Shown here piece after piece: positions 25,939-39,929 of a stretch of 64,000 nt of DNA. The position numbers and the translations under genes are program-made. Within the stretch, counting starts at the first letter, position 1. Each line of letters starts with the position of its first letter. Source of the stretch: Haliotis rubra (lineage: Eukaryota); NCBI RefSeq assembly GCF_003918875.1, contig NW_025767468.1:1550001-1614000 (forward strand), given 5' to 3'. Below the pieces are notes generated by a model, which saw nothing but the letters and a program-made list of their open reading frames with translations, did no database searches and had not been told where the DNA came from.

Positions 25939-27886
25939 TAGCTACGTAGATAATAGGTTTTAAAGGTAGCCATTGCGAGTTCATTTCAAGCACTGCTAAA
26001 TCTCCAAACATACACTGACGGTGGTGTCCAGAAAGGGAATGGGACGGCGCGACGTCGTTAGATCACGTGCATCGTAAGGACTTCCAGTCTTTGGGTACCA
26101 ATCGATGACACCCTTTAAAATGGTTACAAGTTCACGTACACGGTTGTGGAGTTTTATCAGAAACAGTAATTAAGTCAAGGAATACCAGGCGCGTGGGACA
26201 CGAGTACTCGGGAAGCGCGTTGGTGTTAGTGTGGTACCGCCCCTACCCTTCTTTATTCTATGGAACACTGCACGATAAAGTATAATTATCTATATTCAAG
26301 GAGATTCGTGCCCTACTGATGCCGGTTCACATGTCAGATTTGGGGTAAATCTAAACCACTACATCAAATTAAAGGAAACATGGAGAAAAAATGGCACTGA
26401 AGGTTTCTGTAAACATCGAGTTTAATATTTTTTTTCATTTATTATCGTCTTATGCAAATAATAGTTGCTGCGTGTCATTCTTAAGCACATGCACTGTGAA
26501 ATAGCGAGATATAATTCACCACGTACTCCAAACACTGCGGCGTTTAATAAGGGTATATTATTTCATCTGTACTCCACACACTGTTAAAGCAAGGGCAATA
26601 AACCCTTCCATTATGCACTGAATACTCACGACCAATGTTAAAGGGATAAGATTTAATTTGATTTTAGGTATAAATCTAGGTGTCAAATTAAAAGCTATTA
26701 AAGTTGAAGCTGCCTCACAACGGCACAGAACGTGACGGTTTGAAGACTACAAATTCATTTACAGTGAAACAGGTGGAGCTGACAGACGATCCAAAACGAT
26801 CTTCATACTGATCCTTAGTATACACAACCTCCCCTCCCCAAAAATAAAATAAAAAAATAAAATAAAATAAAAACCAAAAAAACACCTAAATAAATAAATT
26901 AAAAAATTAATTAAATAAATAAAGAGAGAACGAAATTTAAAAAATAATAAATACATATGTAAAATGATAATACATAATTAATAAATGAATTAAAAGAAAA
27001 TACATTCTATTACAAAAATAGAATTATATGAAATACAGACAGTTAACAGAAGAAAATGCCTTGGATTGGAACCAAAACTATACTAATAGAATTAGATTTG
27101 ACCATAACATTACAAACGTTATCTAACCATTACAAAGAAGACGTCACAGCAAACTTAAAATCCTAAAATGCAAAACATAACTACATTACCCGCATTAAAC
27201 ACATAATAATCGGATAACCATTGCTCAGATCAAGTTGTTTGGTTACTGACAATCCCAGTCCGGTATCTATCGAAGTTTAAAGTCAAAACAATCGTGGGCG
27301 ACTACTCAGAATGACGGAACTAACACGAGACGACTGTTGAACAGAGTAGCTCACTGTACAGCAAAATGTCATACTGATTTGTATAAAGAACAGGTTAATA
27401 TTTCCCTTCGCCTCCCTTACATCCAGAGTCTTGAAACACGGAACAGGAAACAAACGAAGCGTGACATCATTTGCCTGTCTTCTTTTCAGTCCTCTCCAAT
27501 ATCCTTTTTCAAAACCTGGATCCGTCACACACACAACAGCTTGGGTTGTTGTCTTCATACATATCTGCTATACAGAAGTATCCAGACACTTTATGAATAT
27601 GGTTGTATTAAAAGCACGGGATGTGTGATGTTATACAATGCATCTCAACACTTTCTATTCCAGATGAGTGATGCACTTTCTTCACTGTCCTTCCCGTATC
27701 ATAAAAAAGTATATGTTTTACCAAAACACAACAGAAAAGAAATGTCAATGTTTCTCTCGAACATTATACGAAATAGACGAAAGTGGACACTGTTTCATTA
27801 AAAGTTCAACTCAATGATATGAATTGTCCATTTTTACGATGCATACAGATCAATGTCAGAAATACATACGAACAAGAACGACCACG

Positions 27887-28498
27887 TCACTCGCTGTACA
27901 CACCAAAAACCGTCGCCGTGGAGAATATGAAGTTGTTCTGAAAGGTGTAGGTGGCGTAGTTATCGAGGTTGTCGTCCCAGACGCACCTGCTACAGGTGAC
28001 AATGCTCTGGTCTTTCTTTTCGCCAATATGCACCTGGCAGATAATCCTATAACGGTCATACCCCAACAGTTTCACTTTGTCCTTTATCTCATCCGATAAA
28101 ACCTTGCTAATATTGGCACAGAACTTGGGATTATACTTGAAACGCCCAAGCTTCTCGTTCAAAACCTCTTCGATAACACCGTGTACCTTTTCTGGTGAAA
28201 ATTTCTTATGTGGTTCCATTCGATAACTCGGTTCCTTCGGAACTTGCATCTGGGTTTGCGAAGAGAGTCGCGAACCATATTTCCCTCTCTTGTCAAAGAA
28301 CCTTGAGGTCAGTCTCTTGGCCAGGCGTTTAGAAGCCAAGAGACCAACCAAAGAAGGTCCGCTGCTTACACTCTGTTTTGGGGCATTGCTAGCCCTTCTC
28401 AAAGCTTCGTTGGAACCACCAAATCCTTTCGCCATCGACATCCTCCTGTTTTCGGATGGGGCTCCGAGAGAGGCGACGCTTGAACCTTTCCGATTCAT
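27887..28498 (-). CDS. Tctex1 domain-containing dynein light chain (TCTEX1D1/DYNLT5-like), paralog 1, intronless CDS, 203 aa
   Basis: EPSYRMEP..KF, EIKDKVK, RYRIICQVHIGE, SRCVWD..LDNYATYTFQN..IFSTATVFGVYSE. Confidence 0.93.
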   Translation of the reverse strand: MNRKGSSVASLGAPSENRRMSMAKGFGGSNEALRRASNAPKQSVSSGPSLVGLLASKRLAKRLTSRFFDKRGKYGSRLSSQTQMQVPKEPSYRMEPHKKFSPEKVHGVIEEVLNEKLGRFKYNPKFCANISKVLSDEIKDKVKLLGYDRYRIICQVHIGEKKDQSIVTCSRCVWDDNLDNYATYTFQNNFIFSTATVFGVYSE

Positions 28499-29624
28499 GA
28501 TTACAAGTTTCGGGGAAAATGTCCTCTACGTTATTTCATATGCTTGGAGCTAAACAGTCTGTGAAACTGTCCCTCTCGCTTGGCGACCGGAGAAACAACT
28601 GTCGTCTGCTCCCCAAAGGCCGAGATCACATGACTCACATTGTTGTTTGATCAATACGATGGCTTTTACATGTAATACAATAATAGAAAGCCAGTATCTA
28701 CGAGCAATGTGCTTTCTTATAACTGACTGGCTCACTGAATAGCGCCAATGAAGTGCGACTGAAAGCGCCATATATTCATAGACACGTGTGTCGAGGAATA
28801 ATTCGACTGCATTGAAAATCTGGTGACACTTGCCATTGGGCGGAACACATGCGTGGTACTTCAATATTGCACTTATACGACAAGCCAACTTTCTGTCTTA
28901 TAAACTATGAGATACGACATCCGTTGTGAATATGATGTATACAAATCAATATATCTATAGCATTTATAACGTTCTCAAAACAAAGTCTCCTGGGAGTAAC
29001 TCAGCGTTAAAACGGGGATATGACGGTTGACCAGGGTTGCGTATAGCAATAAATTTGGCAGCGGAAATTGACAGGGAAAGGTCAAGACCTCATTTTATTT
29101 GTTAAAGTTGCACCCGCGTTGGGTATTAAGAACATAGGATGAAAAGAATCGCACTTGATAGACTCCTGAAGTGTATGCTGCAATTACCTTGGTTTTATTT
29201 TATCTTTGAGTAAAGGCTTGTTATTGAGTTGAAGCGGTCTTTAAGTCGACACATGCCCTTCCCAAATAACGCCCCCTTTCCCCTCATGAAGTAACCCCCT
29301 CTGACATATATGAGAGGTATTATATGTTTTTAGAAAACAGAGTATGGTATATACATTGTTAATTTGTACGATACAGAGTCTAGGCATTTTAATCAAATAG
29401 GAGGTAGATTGATTCCGCTTCCTGTTTTCTATTTCTAAGTATAAAAGATCCATCCCGAGTTGATAAGAACAATAACCTTGTTAAAAATACTTCTTGAAGT
29501 ATAATTATGCCCGGGAAACGTAATAAAACAGCAAAGACTCCTCCAGTGAAGTAATACCTGTTTATGTCAATGTTCGAATATCGCCGTATTATAACAGCGG
29601 GGCTTAATACAATGTTATCACAGT

Positions 29625-29775
29625 TGAGTGAGTGAGTGAGTTTTACGCCTCCTTAGCAATATCACGGTAGGGGACACAAGAAATGGGCTTCACACATTGT
29701 AACCATGTGAGCAATCAAACCCAGGTGTTCGGCGTGACGAGCGAACGCTTTAACCACTAGACTACCCCTCCGCCC
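29625..29775 (-). mobile_element. SINE family A
   Basis: Family A match. Confidence 0.85.
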
Positions 29776-30195
29776 AGAACCTTAGTAGACAAACTTGTGT
29801 GACGAAACACCATAAGTCAGGTAGCATTATTTCTATTGATTTACATATCTGTTCTAAACACTAAAAAATATCAATTACGCTTACTACAACTGCGTTTTGG
29901 GGTCATGCATTCATTGCACAAGACCATTTAAAGTAACTCAGGATATGACGAGCATTCGAGGATTACCTGATCAAATTGTTATCTGTCCGTTACTGAATGT
30001 ATACTACCATTTATTACAACTATAGGGGAATTGTCAATTGTTCCTAGCTTCAAACTGTAGGTTGGTGGCGCATCTGGATTCGAGGATGTACGGAATAGCG
30101 AGGTCCCATTGCATATGGTGACGAAAAAACACCTTCCTCTAAATACACATGAGGTAAATTACCGGCCAAAAAACAGTATGCATCCATGTTTGTTT

Positions 30196-30427
30196 GTGAG
30201 TGAGTTTAGTTTTACGCCGCACTCAGCAATATTCCAGCTACAAGGCGGCGGTCTGTAAATAATTGACTGACCAGACAATCCAGTGATCAACAGAATGAGC
30301 ATCCATCTACGCAAATGGAAACCGATGACATGTGTCAACCCACTAAGCGAGCCTGACCACCCGATCCCGTTAGTTGCCTCTTACGACAAGCATGGGATCT
30401 TAACACTAACCCGGATCTTCACAGGTC
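30196..30427 (-). mobile_element. SINE family B
   Basis: Family B match; TSD catgtttg. Confidence 0.85.
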
Positions 30428-31136
30428 ATGTTTGAGTGTGGTTAAACATGAAATAATATAGAAATGGTATTTCGAAGGTGGTGTTATTTGACAGGAATGT
30501 CTCCAAATTTAGTTGTGTTTTGGCCCTAAGGTTTGCAGTGTCACTCAGTCCTACAACTTGTAACGGTTAGCTAATGCTTTTGGTCAAACCCAATTTTTTT
30601 AGTATACTCTTGATCCATACTCTGGTTTGCCAAGGGAGATTATATAGGTATTATATTCACATGAAATGTAATATTTACATATGTAACCTATATATTGTTT
30701 ACCTGGAAACAAACGTTCAATATGCAGACTCGGAATGAAATATATTCCACACAGCAGACAATAGTATCTCAGTCTAGTCAGTACTTGTTCTTTAATGCAC
30801 AGCACGGATCTGTACTGATTTATAATACATCAATATCGTGATTGCTTTCTGAAATATAAACACGATTCAATGCCTCGGGTGTGCCTTGCTATCCGATATC
30901 AGTCAGTTAATACCCTGTTTTACACGATCGGCCATGAAATACAATTGACGTTTTTCACTGATTGATCACTTCTTCCAACACTGCCCTCATAACCTCCACG
31001 AAACACAGGAGATTTACTTTGAAATATTTATTTTCAATTTCTAGTTCAAACAATTTCATGCGCTGCAATCAAATCCTGCCAATAATACGTTTATAACCCC
31101 CTTTGTTTAGAAGGTCAATAATGTTTACGTTCAGTG

Positions 31137-31155
31137 TCACCGCTAGAGGTCGCTG
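31137..31155 (+). promoter_or_regulatory. Possible CTCF site
   Basis: tcaccgctagaggtcgctg resembles the CTCF core CCRCYAGRKGGCGC; motif match only. Confidence 0.3.
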
Positions 31156-31768
31156 GTTTACATGACTGGAGTCTGTATGTAAACAGTGGTATTATATTGT
31201 TCCTGGTACTTACTTGATTGCAGAGAGACCCCCGAAGGAGTGTTCCGACAAATGCTCCGAGGAGAAAAACAACAATAGGTTGGTAATAGTTTGTGTATCG
31301 CTTGCGACGTGTTTTAATAGAACAACGGAAGAACTGTCATGAATGATAGTCCTCATTTGCACGACTGCTTTGAAAACTATTTTAGGATGAGAAATTCAAA
31401 ACGTTTGACCTAAACGAAACCAAGATGGCGTGAGAAGAGCGGTATTGGTCGTTTTAAGGGTGAAATCATGACATTGTGAGACTAACTTGATAACCACACA
31501 GACTAATTTGATTTCACAAAGGGAACTGTTTTTAGTTCCCTATTGTTGTTTATGTGGTGTAAGTAGAGGTAATTTAACAGGGATTAAGTTTTGGCAGTTC
31601 GGAATGTGTAATTCAATGCAATGAAGACGAAGGCTCTCATGCTTGAAAAACGCTTGGCGGGACCATGTCAAGGACATATGTCACTTGAGAAACAGTTGGG
31701 GGTGGACTGTTACATTTTGGGAGATAGGGTGTGGGGTGGGAGTGTGTATATGGTTTGTGTGTAGGTAA

Positions 31769-31770
<2 letters not shown>

Positions 31771-31819
<49 letters not shown>

Positions 31820-31872
31820 CGCGTGTGTGCGTGCGTGCGTGTGTGTGTGTCCCTCTCTATGCGCGTGTGTGT
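31771..31872. repeat. (GT)n(GC)n compound microsatellite
   Basis: Seen directly. Confidence 0.95.
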
Positions 31873-33162
31873 ATCTATCACGGATTCCTACTATCTAGTA
31901 CAATCCAGTTCAGGGGCGTAGCTTCCATTATAAACAAAAGCCCAGGTTTACACATGCATGGTTGTTGCTAAACACTGAATACTATCTAAATATCAAACTT
32001 TGCAACCTATCTGACTTACACGAAACAAATTGGCTTGCTATGCGCCTGCAGTTCCTACATGACGGCGAATTTAGAAGAAGTGCTTTTTCAGGGTTGACAG
32101 AAACTTGGCTTGCGGTTTTATGCTCTGCTGAAAAGAAACTCAACAACGCCATCGGCCGACTGTGTTTTTTCACGCATTGCCAAGCACCATTACTAGACTG
32201 TGAAATCGTTATGAGGCGGAAGGGTCAACACGTGACCCACCCAGATCCGGTACCACGTGACACAACTGCATCTGATTTGGTTCCAGGCAGTTCTATACTC
32301 TCATTGGGTTCGTACAAGATATTGGGAACAGGTAACTTTCCCCTTTGCGTTCGATGTGAACCAGGATGAACCTGTCAGTGACAAACTTAAACAATTTGTT
32401 AGGATCTGTTGAAAATCTTTATGATAAATCTAGTATATATATACAACACTTTTGCGTTTCTTTTTCGAGGTATATATCGAGAAACATTTAAAAATTGGTC
32501 ACGAGTTTTGCCATCGTGGGTTGTGTGATAATGAACGGGTAAAACCTGTGATTTACGTTTGATTATGAATTTCCTCTGAAGACTGCCCAGATGGTAGAAT
32601 GAGGAGTGAGTGAACACGGTTCTATGCCGCTTTAACTTCGAGAAAACCGGAAGTTCGACATAATAGTGTTTGACTGTACTTTCAAAAACGTTATGAACCT
32701 TTAATTTTCGTAAACTATGAGTGAGTGAGTGAGCAGGGCTGCACGGTATTACCGGTACATCGCAATACGCCTTTCAAACGATACGTATTGCAATATTATT
32801 TCTGAGAACCGGTATATTGGGTAAAGAACATATATGAAGCTTTTGTGATTATCTTTATGGTATAAATTAAAATCTGCACATACTTTCATTCATAACAGAT
32901 GTTTTCCTTCGCTATTTTCAATGACAAAACATGATACTGTAACATGATAATCTCTTGTAACGCCTCTAAAATCCTCTTATTTTATTAATTTGCTTTAGTA
33001 TGATGCACAGACGCAGCATGAGGCTAATGTTAGGATCATGCACACGGCTTGCTAAGCTGACAAGTTTGTAGTTTAACGCCGTACAAAGTAAAATTTAAAC
33101 TTTATGACTGCAGTCATATTAATGGAGTATCGACGACACAATCGATTTATTATCATCGATGG

Positions 33163-33370
33163 TGAGTGAGTGAGTGAGTGAGTTTAGTTTTACGTCGCAC
33201 TCAGCAATATTCAAGCTATATGGCAGCGGTCTGTAAATAATCGAATCGGGACCAGACATTCCAGTGATCAACAGCATGAGCATCATCGATGGTAACTAAG
33301 TAAGCTGGTCTGATTTCGTCATCGCACACAACTAGGATGGTTTACTGAAGATCAACACTAACATCTTCAT
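33163..33370 (-). mobile_element. SINE family B (deleted)
   Basis: Tail and body match, degenerate head. Confidence 0.75.
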
Positions 33371-33473
33371 GGAGCCTTAGGAAACAGAACTGACCCACAG
33401 GCTGGACGGGGGCGGAAGAAATGAGAAACGAAATACATGCATTTTACCTTTTTTTGTAATTTGTACAAGATCT

Positions 33474-33719
33474 GGTTTGGTTTGGTTATTGTTTTAACAC
33501 CACACTCAGCAATATTCAAGCTATATGGCGGCGGTCTGTAAATAATCGAGTCTGGACCAGACAATTCAGTGATCAACAGCATGAGCATCGATCGACGCAA
33601 TTGGTATACGATGACATGTGTTAACCAAGTCAGCGAGCCTGACCATCCGATCCCGTTAGTCGCTTTTTACGATAAGCATGGGTTACTGAAGACCAATTCT
33701 AACCCGGATCTTCACGGGT
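33474..33719 (-). mobile_element. SINE family B
   Basis: Full length; TSD aatt(t/a)gtacaaga. Confidence 0.9.
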
Positions 33720-34145
33720 AAATTAGTACAAGAAGCCGAATACGTTCATGTTGTATTCCAAGTAGAAACAGTACATATTCAATAGAATCAAAACTGTAGC
33801 GAACAAAGAGTAACAATTTGTAAGGATATACTCAATAAACAATACACATAAGTAGCAAGGGATGCTCAGTTAAATCATTTTTAAAAAGCGTTTAGAACGA
33901 AAAGAAATATATGAACATATCTACATAGCCTTCAATTCATCTGAAATTAACACAGATTTGAACAATATTCATTTATGTCTCCAAAGGATGATACACAGTC
34001 TTTAATCTTTAACACTCTGTGGAACTTGAAAAGGACCGGTATGTCACTGAGAGACGATCATGATCGTGAGGACTCAAGTCATTGTCGACTGATTGTGTTC
34101 ATAAATAACATCCAGCAAATGTACCTTGAATTGCATTTTGACGTA

Positions 34146-34774
34146 TCAATCCACGTAGACTCCAAAAACACAAGCTGTACAAAAGATATCCTTATTTGTC
34201 AGAGTATACGAGGCGTAAGAGTCAAATTTGGGCTCCCACGCGCATCTGCTTGTTGTCATGACACCCTGACCTTTGGTTTCTCCCAGAGTGACGCTGCAGA
34301 CGATCTTGTATCTTTCATATTTCAACGACTTGACACGTGCTTTGATGTCATCCGCCAACGTCCGTGTCAGGTTACCACACGAACGTTGATCGTACTTAAT
34401 CGTGTCAAGATGCTCGTGCAGCACGCGCTTCACGATTTTTTCGACCGCGCACGAGCTGAACATTCCTTTAGGTTCGAGCTGGTACGTTGGTTCCATCTTC
34501 GGCACTGGGGAGCGGTAGGGGCATGAGACAACCCGTGAACACTGTCGTTTCTTTCGCTCATTCTCCTCATGTGTCGTCTTGACATACGTTTGGACAGAAA
34601 CCCCACGGACGATTCATCGTTGTTTGCACGGTGACTCTGCTGGCTTTGGACCGTTACCCTGGATTTGTCGCTTGGGTGTTGGTCATCCTTACCTGCCAGG
34701 GAAGAATCCAAAACAATGGTTGGAACCTTCGGAGTCAGGTGATCCGGTTTCTTCTGCTCTTTGCTTTTCATCAT
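34146..34774 (-). CDS. Tctex1 domain-containing dynein light chain, paralog 2 (N-terminal extension and Tctex domain separated by a 1-nt frameshift)
   Basis: ORF 34146..34505 holds the full Tctex domain (MEPTYQLEP...RYKIVCSVTLGE...SRCAWE...VFGVYVD). ORF 34430..34774 gives an N-terminus with the paralog-shared motif SVGFLSKRMSRR. One extra C in the C4 run near 34507-34510 would fuse them. Confidence 0.85.
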
Positions 34775-35466
34775 TTCAAATACTTTAATCGGATGACTGA
34801 CGAAAACGAACGACTCTTATTAAATCGTCACAAGTCTATCTGAACTGATTCAATTCATGAATGTCTCTGAATATCAACTTTCAAGTCAAAGTCAGTCGAG
34901 AGAAGGCAAAACAAGGTAGGCCTACTGGAAGAATCTTTGTGTCAGTGTCCTCTCCAAAGGCGTTTCCCCTTTAGTATATTATCTTGTTCTTTATATACAC
35001 CGAATTTGTGCTCCAGAGGTACACACTCTGTGGATATCCAGTTTCAAATGTTCGAACATAGTCAAATATCCCTGTGTCGAGGTGTTAGCATGGGATTAAC
35101 ACTCCCATAAGCCCTTGTATACGTCTGGCTTTCTACTTACTTAAATACAACCAAATCAATCAGTGCCACAATGGAATCAATGTCTTGCAACATACTAATC
35201 CGCTATGAAATAATTAATCGGCCATAAATCCTTTTGAGATTATGGATTAAGGTGTTAGCATGTTCAGTGTAGCATAAAGTTTGACGCGGGAGTCATTCGT
35301 CCGCTATTTTGAGGCACCTGTTAATATGTCTGTACGTTTCTATAGTAATATGGCAACAAGACGCGGAATAAAGTCTTTGACTCGTCTATTCCTGGTAAAA
35401 ATGTATGCCTAACTCAACACAAGCTGATGGTAAGAGGCGACTAACTTGATTAGGTGGTCAGGCTAA

Positions 35467-38149
35467 GTGACTATAGATATTTCTCTTGCAAATGATGAGG
35501 CCAATAACGGAAACAGTATTCCCGGATATGTGTGGAAGGAAACTGGAATTGGAACATTCAGGAACTGCATATCTTTATTTCTAACACAAGTGAGCGTGGA
35601 TGCTTTCCGTATGCAAGCTAACGACAACATCGACATTGTAGTTGGTAACCTCACTGACATTCTTCAAAGCACTGCTGCGTTGTGTAGTTTGGAAAGGAGA
35701 CCTAAATATGATAAATCTTATAACTCTACTGTATGGTACGACAGAGAATGTGAAATCCTGAAATCACAGAAATTCAAATTATTAGACCATTTAGACTAAC
35801 TGGAAGCAAAGAGTTATTAAAGGAATATGTTCATGCAAGAAATAATTACAGATATTTATGCAGACAGAAAATACGAAGAGTTCCAAATTCATAATTTAGT
35901 GGACAATTCCAAGGACAGCAAAGTATTCCTGCAAAACCTAAATAAGATGACAAGCAACAGGAAAAGCACACCACAAATAAATCAGGAACAGTGGAGTGGT
36001 TATTTTAAAGATACGTTTAACTTCACAGACAATACAGTGGATGAATCAAAACTAGAAGAAGCTGATCATGCATTAGACAACCACTGTGAATCTACATGCG
36101 ATGTGTGTAGTGACAGTTATATTATGTATCTACTGAACCGAGACGTATCGCCCCAAGAAGTTGAAGCAGCCATAAAAGACATGAAATCAGGTAAAGCAGC
36201 TGGTCCGGACGGTATCAAAGCAGAGATGGTGAAATCATGTGCTGATCTTTTAATTCCATATCTAGTAATTGTACATAATACCATCCTAACTAATGAAGAA
36301 TATCCTACTGAATGGGCCAAGGGATTAATCGTACCACTCCACAAGGAAAGCGACATTAACTTGGTCAACAATTACAGAGGTATCACACTCATGGACATTT
36401 TCGGAAAGATATTTTGTTCTATTCTAAACAACCGTCTACAAACATTTGCAGCACTTTATGACAAGATCCAGAAGCTCAAGCAGGATTTAGGAAAAACTAC
36501 AACACAACTGATAATATTTTTACGTTACAATGTTTAATCCAGAAATACCTATCAAGGAGAAGTGGCAGATTCTATTGTTTATTTGTGGACTTTAAGAAAG
36601 CCTTTGATTCTATAAATATAAAACATCTCTGGTATACACTATTAAAGAAAGATATTCATGGACGAATTTTTAATGTGCTAAAGAATATGTACTCCAAAAT
36701 AATGTCTGCTGTCCGAATAACAAACACCTCAGTCTCTGAATACTTTGACTGTCTTAGCGGAGTTAGACAAGGATGTGTCTTGAGCCCCTTTTTGTTCACG
36801 ATGTTTATATCAGAATTACAGGTAATGCTAGAAAACGCGGAAATTAGAGGAATATTTGTTGGATCTGAATTTTTAGAAATATTACTTTTGCTTTATGCTG
36901 ACGATTTATGTATTTTCGATGACTCTGTTATTGGACTGCAAAGAAAAATTGACATTCTAAACGACTACTGTACAACGTGGGGATTACAACTTAACATTGG
37001 TAAAACAGAGCTATTGGTTTTTCGAAACGGAGGTAGATTACGTCACTATGAAAAATTGTTTCTTCAAGGAGCACAGTTAAAAACTTCTACATACTACAAC
37101 TATCTTGGAATACTCTTCTCTACACGTCTGTCATGGACTACATGTACAGAGACACTATCAACCAAAGCAAACAAGGCATTATTTTATATTAAGAAGTTAA
37201 TCTACATGTATCCACATATTCGAGTTAATATTCTTTTTAAGCTCTTTGATACCAAAGTGAAGCCAATTTTACTTTATGGTGCAGAAGTGTGGGGTTATCA
37301 AGAACGACAGTTAATTAACAAATTTCATACAAATTTCTGTAAATATGTTCTTGGTGTAGGTAAGCATGTTTCTTGCAATGCTATATTAGCAGATTGTGGT
37401 AGATATTGTGTAAGTGTTGATTATTATGTTAAATGTGTACGTTACTGGTGTATATTACTTCATATGTCTGAAGACAGGAATCCTAAACAATGTTATATTT
37501 TGATGAAAAATCTCGACTCAGCTGGTAGATATACTTTGGCATCAAATGTAAAAGGTTTGTTAAACATCAACGGGTTTGGATTTGTGTGGTTTAGTCATGA
37601 TGTTGGCAATATTAATCATTTTATATCCATGTTCAAACAAAGGCTTAAGGGGCAAAGCATATTGAGTAGAATTAATGAATCATCGCATTTAGCTTACTAC
37701 AAGACCATTAAATCTTTATTAGATGTAGAGTTGTATGTTTCAAATGTACATTTTAAAGAATATAGACGATATATATGCTTACTTAGACTTCATCACCTAC
37801 CCCTTCTTTGTAATGTAAGACGAAAAGATGATAGATATGCCTCAACAATATGTAAAATGTGTAACAATAATATCCCAGAGGATGAATTACATTTTCTTTT
37901 TGTCTGTGATGCATATGTAACGTTACGTAGTGTATATTTACCAAATTTTGATCAACTATCATTAAGTTTAAAAAATTAATGCAATGTAATGATACCAGTA
38001 TTCTTCTAAAAACTGTGCAGTTTATTAAGCATGCCCTCGTGATCAGATCAAATGTGTGTAAATAATGTGTAACCTTGCATATTGCCTTGTCTAAACTGAT
38101 ATTTTGTACATGGGCCGATGGCCTACTTACAGAATTAAGTCATAAAGAA
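35467..38149 (+). mobile_element. 5'-truncated non-LTR retrotransposon (RTE-X-like), frameshifted ORF2
   Basis: GKAAGPDGI, NYRGITL, FVDFKKAFDSI, GVRQGCVLSPFLF, LLYADDL, C-terminal CKMC...EDELHFLFVC; 3' gggccgatggcct hairpin; candidate TSD aggctaa (35460-35466, 38150-38156); directly follows a SINE B fragment. Confidence 0.93.
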
Positions 38150-38839
38150 AGGCTAAAACAAGGGAAAAAGTTAAAATTTTCCAATCTGTTTACAATCACA
38201 CAAAGATGACGTTGTGGAAAGAAATAGTATATTTGTATTGTTTTTGCTGCAGCAACATGAATCCAATATTCTCCTAATCACTGGTATGCGTTTCTGTTTT
38301 TTTAACAGTGTAAATTAAAGTGTGTGGAGAATAAAACCCGGGTCTTCGGCGTTACGAGCGAACGCCTAAACCACTTGGCTCCCCTACCGCCCCTCAACAA
38401 GTATCACTGATAATTGGCGCTAACAGTGTCCGTGAAAGTGGCGGTGCGCCTGTAAAATCACATCCTTGAGATTGCGCAATAATTTGTCCTTTTGTCTATG
38501 AATATTTTATTGTACAAAACATTTATTTTTCACCTACAACTTGCGACTGTGTCACCGTATTGTAAAGTTTCTACTATTAGTTTTGCTGAATGTTATTGAG
38601 GGAATCGTCATCATATGTCTAGACTTGCACAGTCAAGTCTCTTTTGTGATCTAGTTTAAATGAACATTTCCTCAAAGAATTCTTAGAACTGTCCGCCTAT
38701 CTACACTTGCCCCTTTAAAGGACAGAGTTACTATACATCCATGGGCTTACCCTTCAGTAAAGCCTCGGAGCAAGGCTATCGTTTGTCCAGCGTGTTATGT
38801 CTGTGTCAGTGACATTCATCATAGTGAGTTACGTGTGGT

Positions 38840-39030
38840 CACCGAGAGAGGACATCACATTTTCTCCTTCAGTTACGACGGCAAGAAAGCGATAACAAGA
38901 GAAGAAAAAACGATAGCGCGAGACGAGAAAGCGATGTATGAATATCAGTTTTCGTCTCGTGCTATCGTTTCTTGTTAGGACTTTCACGCGGCCGGAATGA
39001 AAGGCGAGAAAGAGATGTCTCCTCTCGGCC
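38840..39030. mobile_element. MITE-like inverted-repeat element
   Basis: ccgagagaggacatc / gatgtctcctctcgg termini; internal aaacgatagcgcgagacgag / ttcgtctcgtgctatcgttt. Confidence 0.55.
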
Positions 39031-39224
39031 AGTATACAGAGGCGGGTCCAGAGGGGGTGTTTAGAGTTACGATATTCTTTATAATCGGAGACTGGAGCGT
39101 GTAAGTTTTAAGAATTTCCTAAAATAATACTGTCAGAAACAATGGTTAAAAAATTTGTATTATTGTATTATGACCGCATCGATTGTTTCGAAAGTTATGA
39201 TCCGCATTCCTCGTCTACATCCGT

Positions 39225-39560
39225 AACCAAACTCGTGACCTACTCGTGTTATTCCGGGACAAGCCGAATAGCGAGAGTTTACGGAAAGCGGCGAGTGGTG
39301 ACGAATGGACCTATTCGTGACCAACTCGTGTTATTCCGGGACAAGCCGAATAGCGTCTTCTTGGAGTTTACGGAAAGGGGCGAGTGGTGACGAATGGAAT
39401 GGACCAACTCCATTCGTGACCAACTCGTGTTATTCCGGGACAAGCCGAATAGCGTCTTCTTGCAGGTTACGGAAAGGGGCGAGTGGTGACGAATGGGACC
39501 AACTCTTGTTATTTCGGGAGATAGCGAATTTACGGAAAGGGGCGAGTGGTGACGAATGCC
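39225..39560 (+). repeat. ~70-95-bp tandem repeat (about 4 units)
   Basis: accaactcgtgttattccgggacaagccgaatagcg...ttacggaaaggggcgagtggtgacgaatg; single inverted copy at ~56190-56275. Confidence 0.88.
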
Positions 39561-39929
39561 GTAACCAAAGCGTCACCGTTCGTCTTCTTCCTGAGCTATC
39601 TGAGATGAGGGCAAATAGGCTACTTATGCTTTACTGACAGACTATGCTTTAGGATGGTTTAATTATATTCTTGCAAAAATGAGATGTAAAGCGTCTCAGA
39701 GCTACCTTCCTTGAAAGTGCCAGACCCCAATTAATCGTGATCTTGATTTCCACAGCGACATATGTCTCATATTTGAGTGGGTACATGTTCAAGGAACGGA
39801 TACATCCTCATCAGTGTTAGTTCGAAACGTCTGCTTGGCCGGCACTCCATGGAATGCAAGTGGAACTTGTGAGCAGAACCCCTCATTCTAACAAAGGGTT
39901 ACGCCCTTTCGCATGTTTGTAATTCTCGG

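Noticed and set aside
28290-28553. Plus-strand ORFs overlapping the Tctex genes (also 33975..34526, 42120..42374, 44463..44822)
   Set aside because: Antisense shadows of real coding sequence
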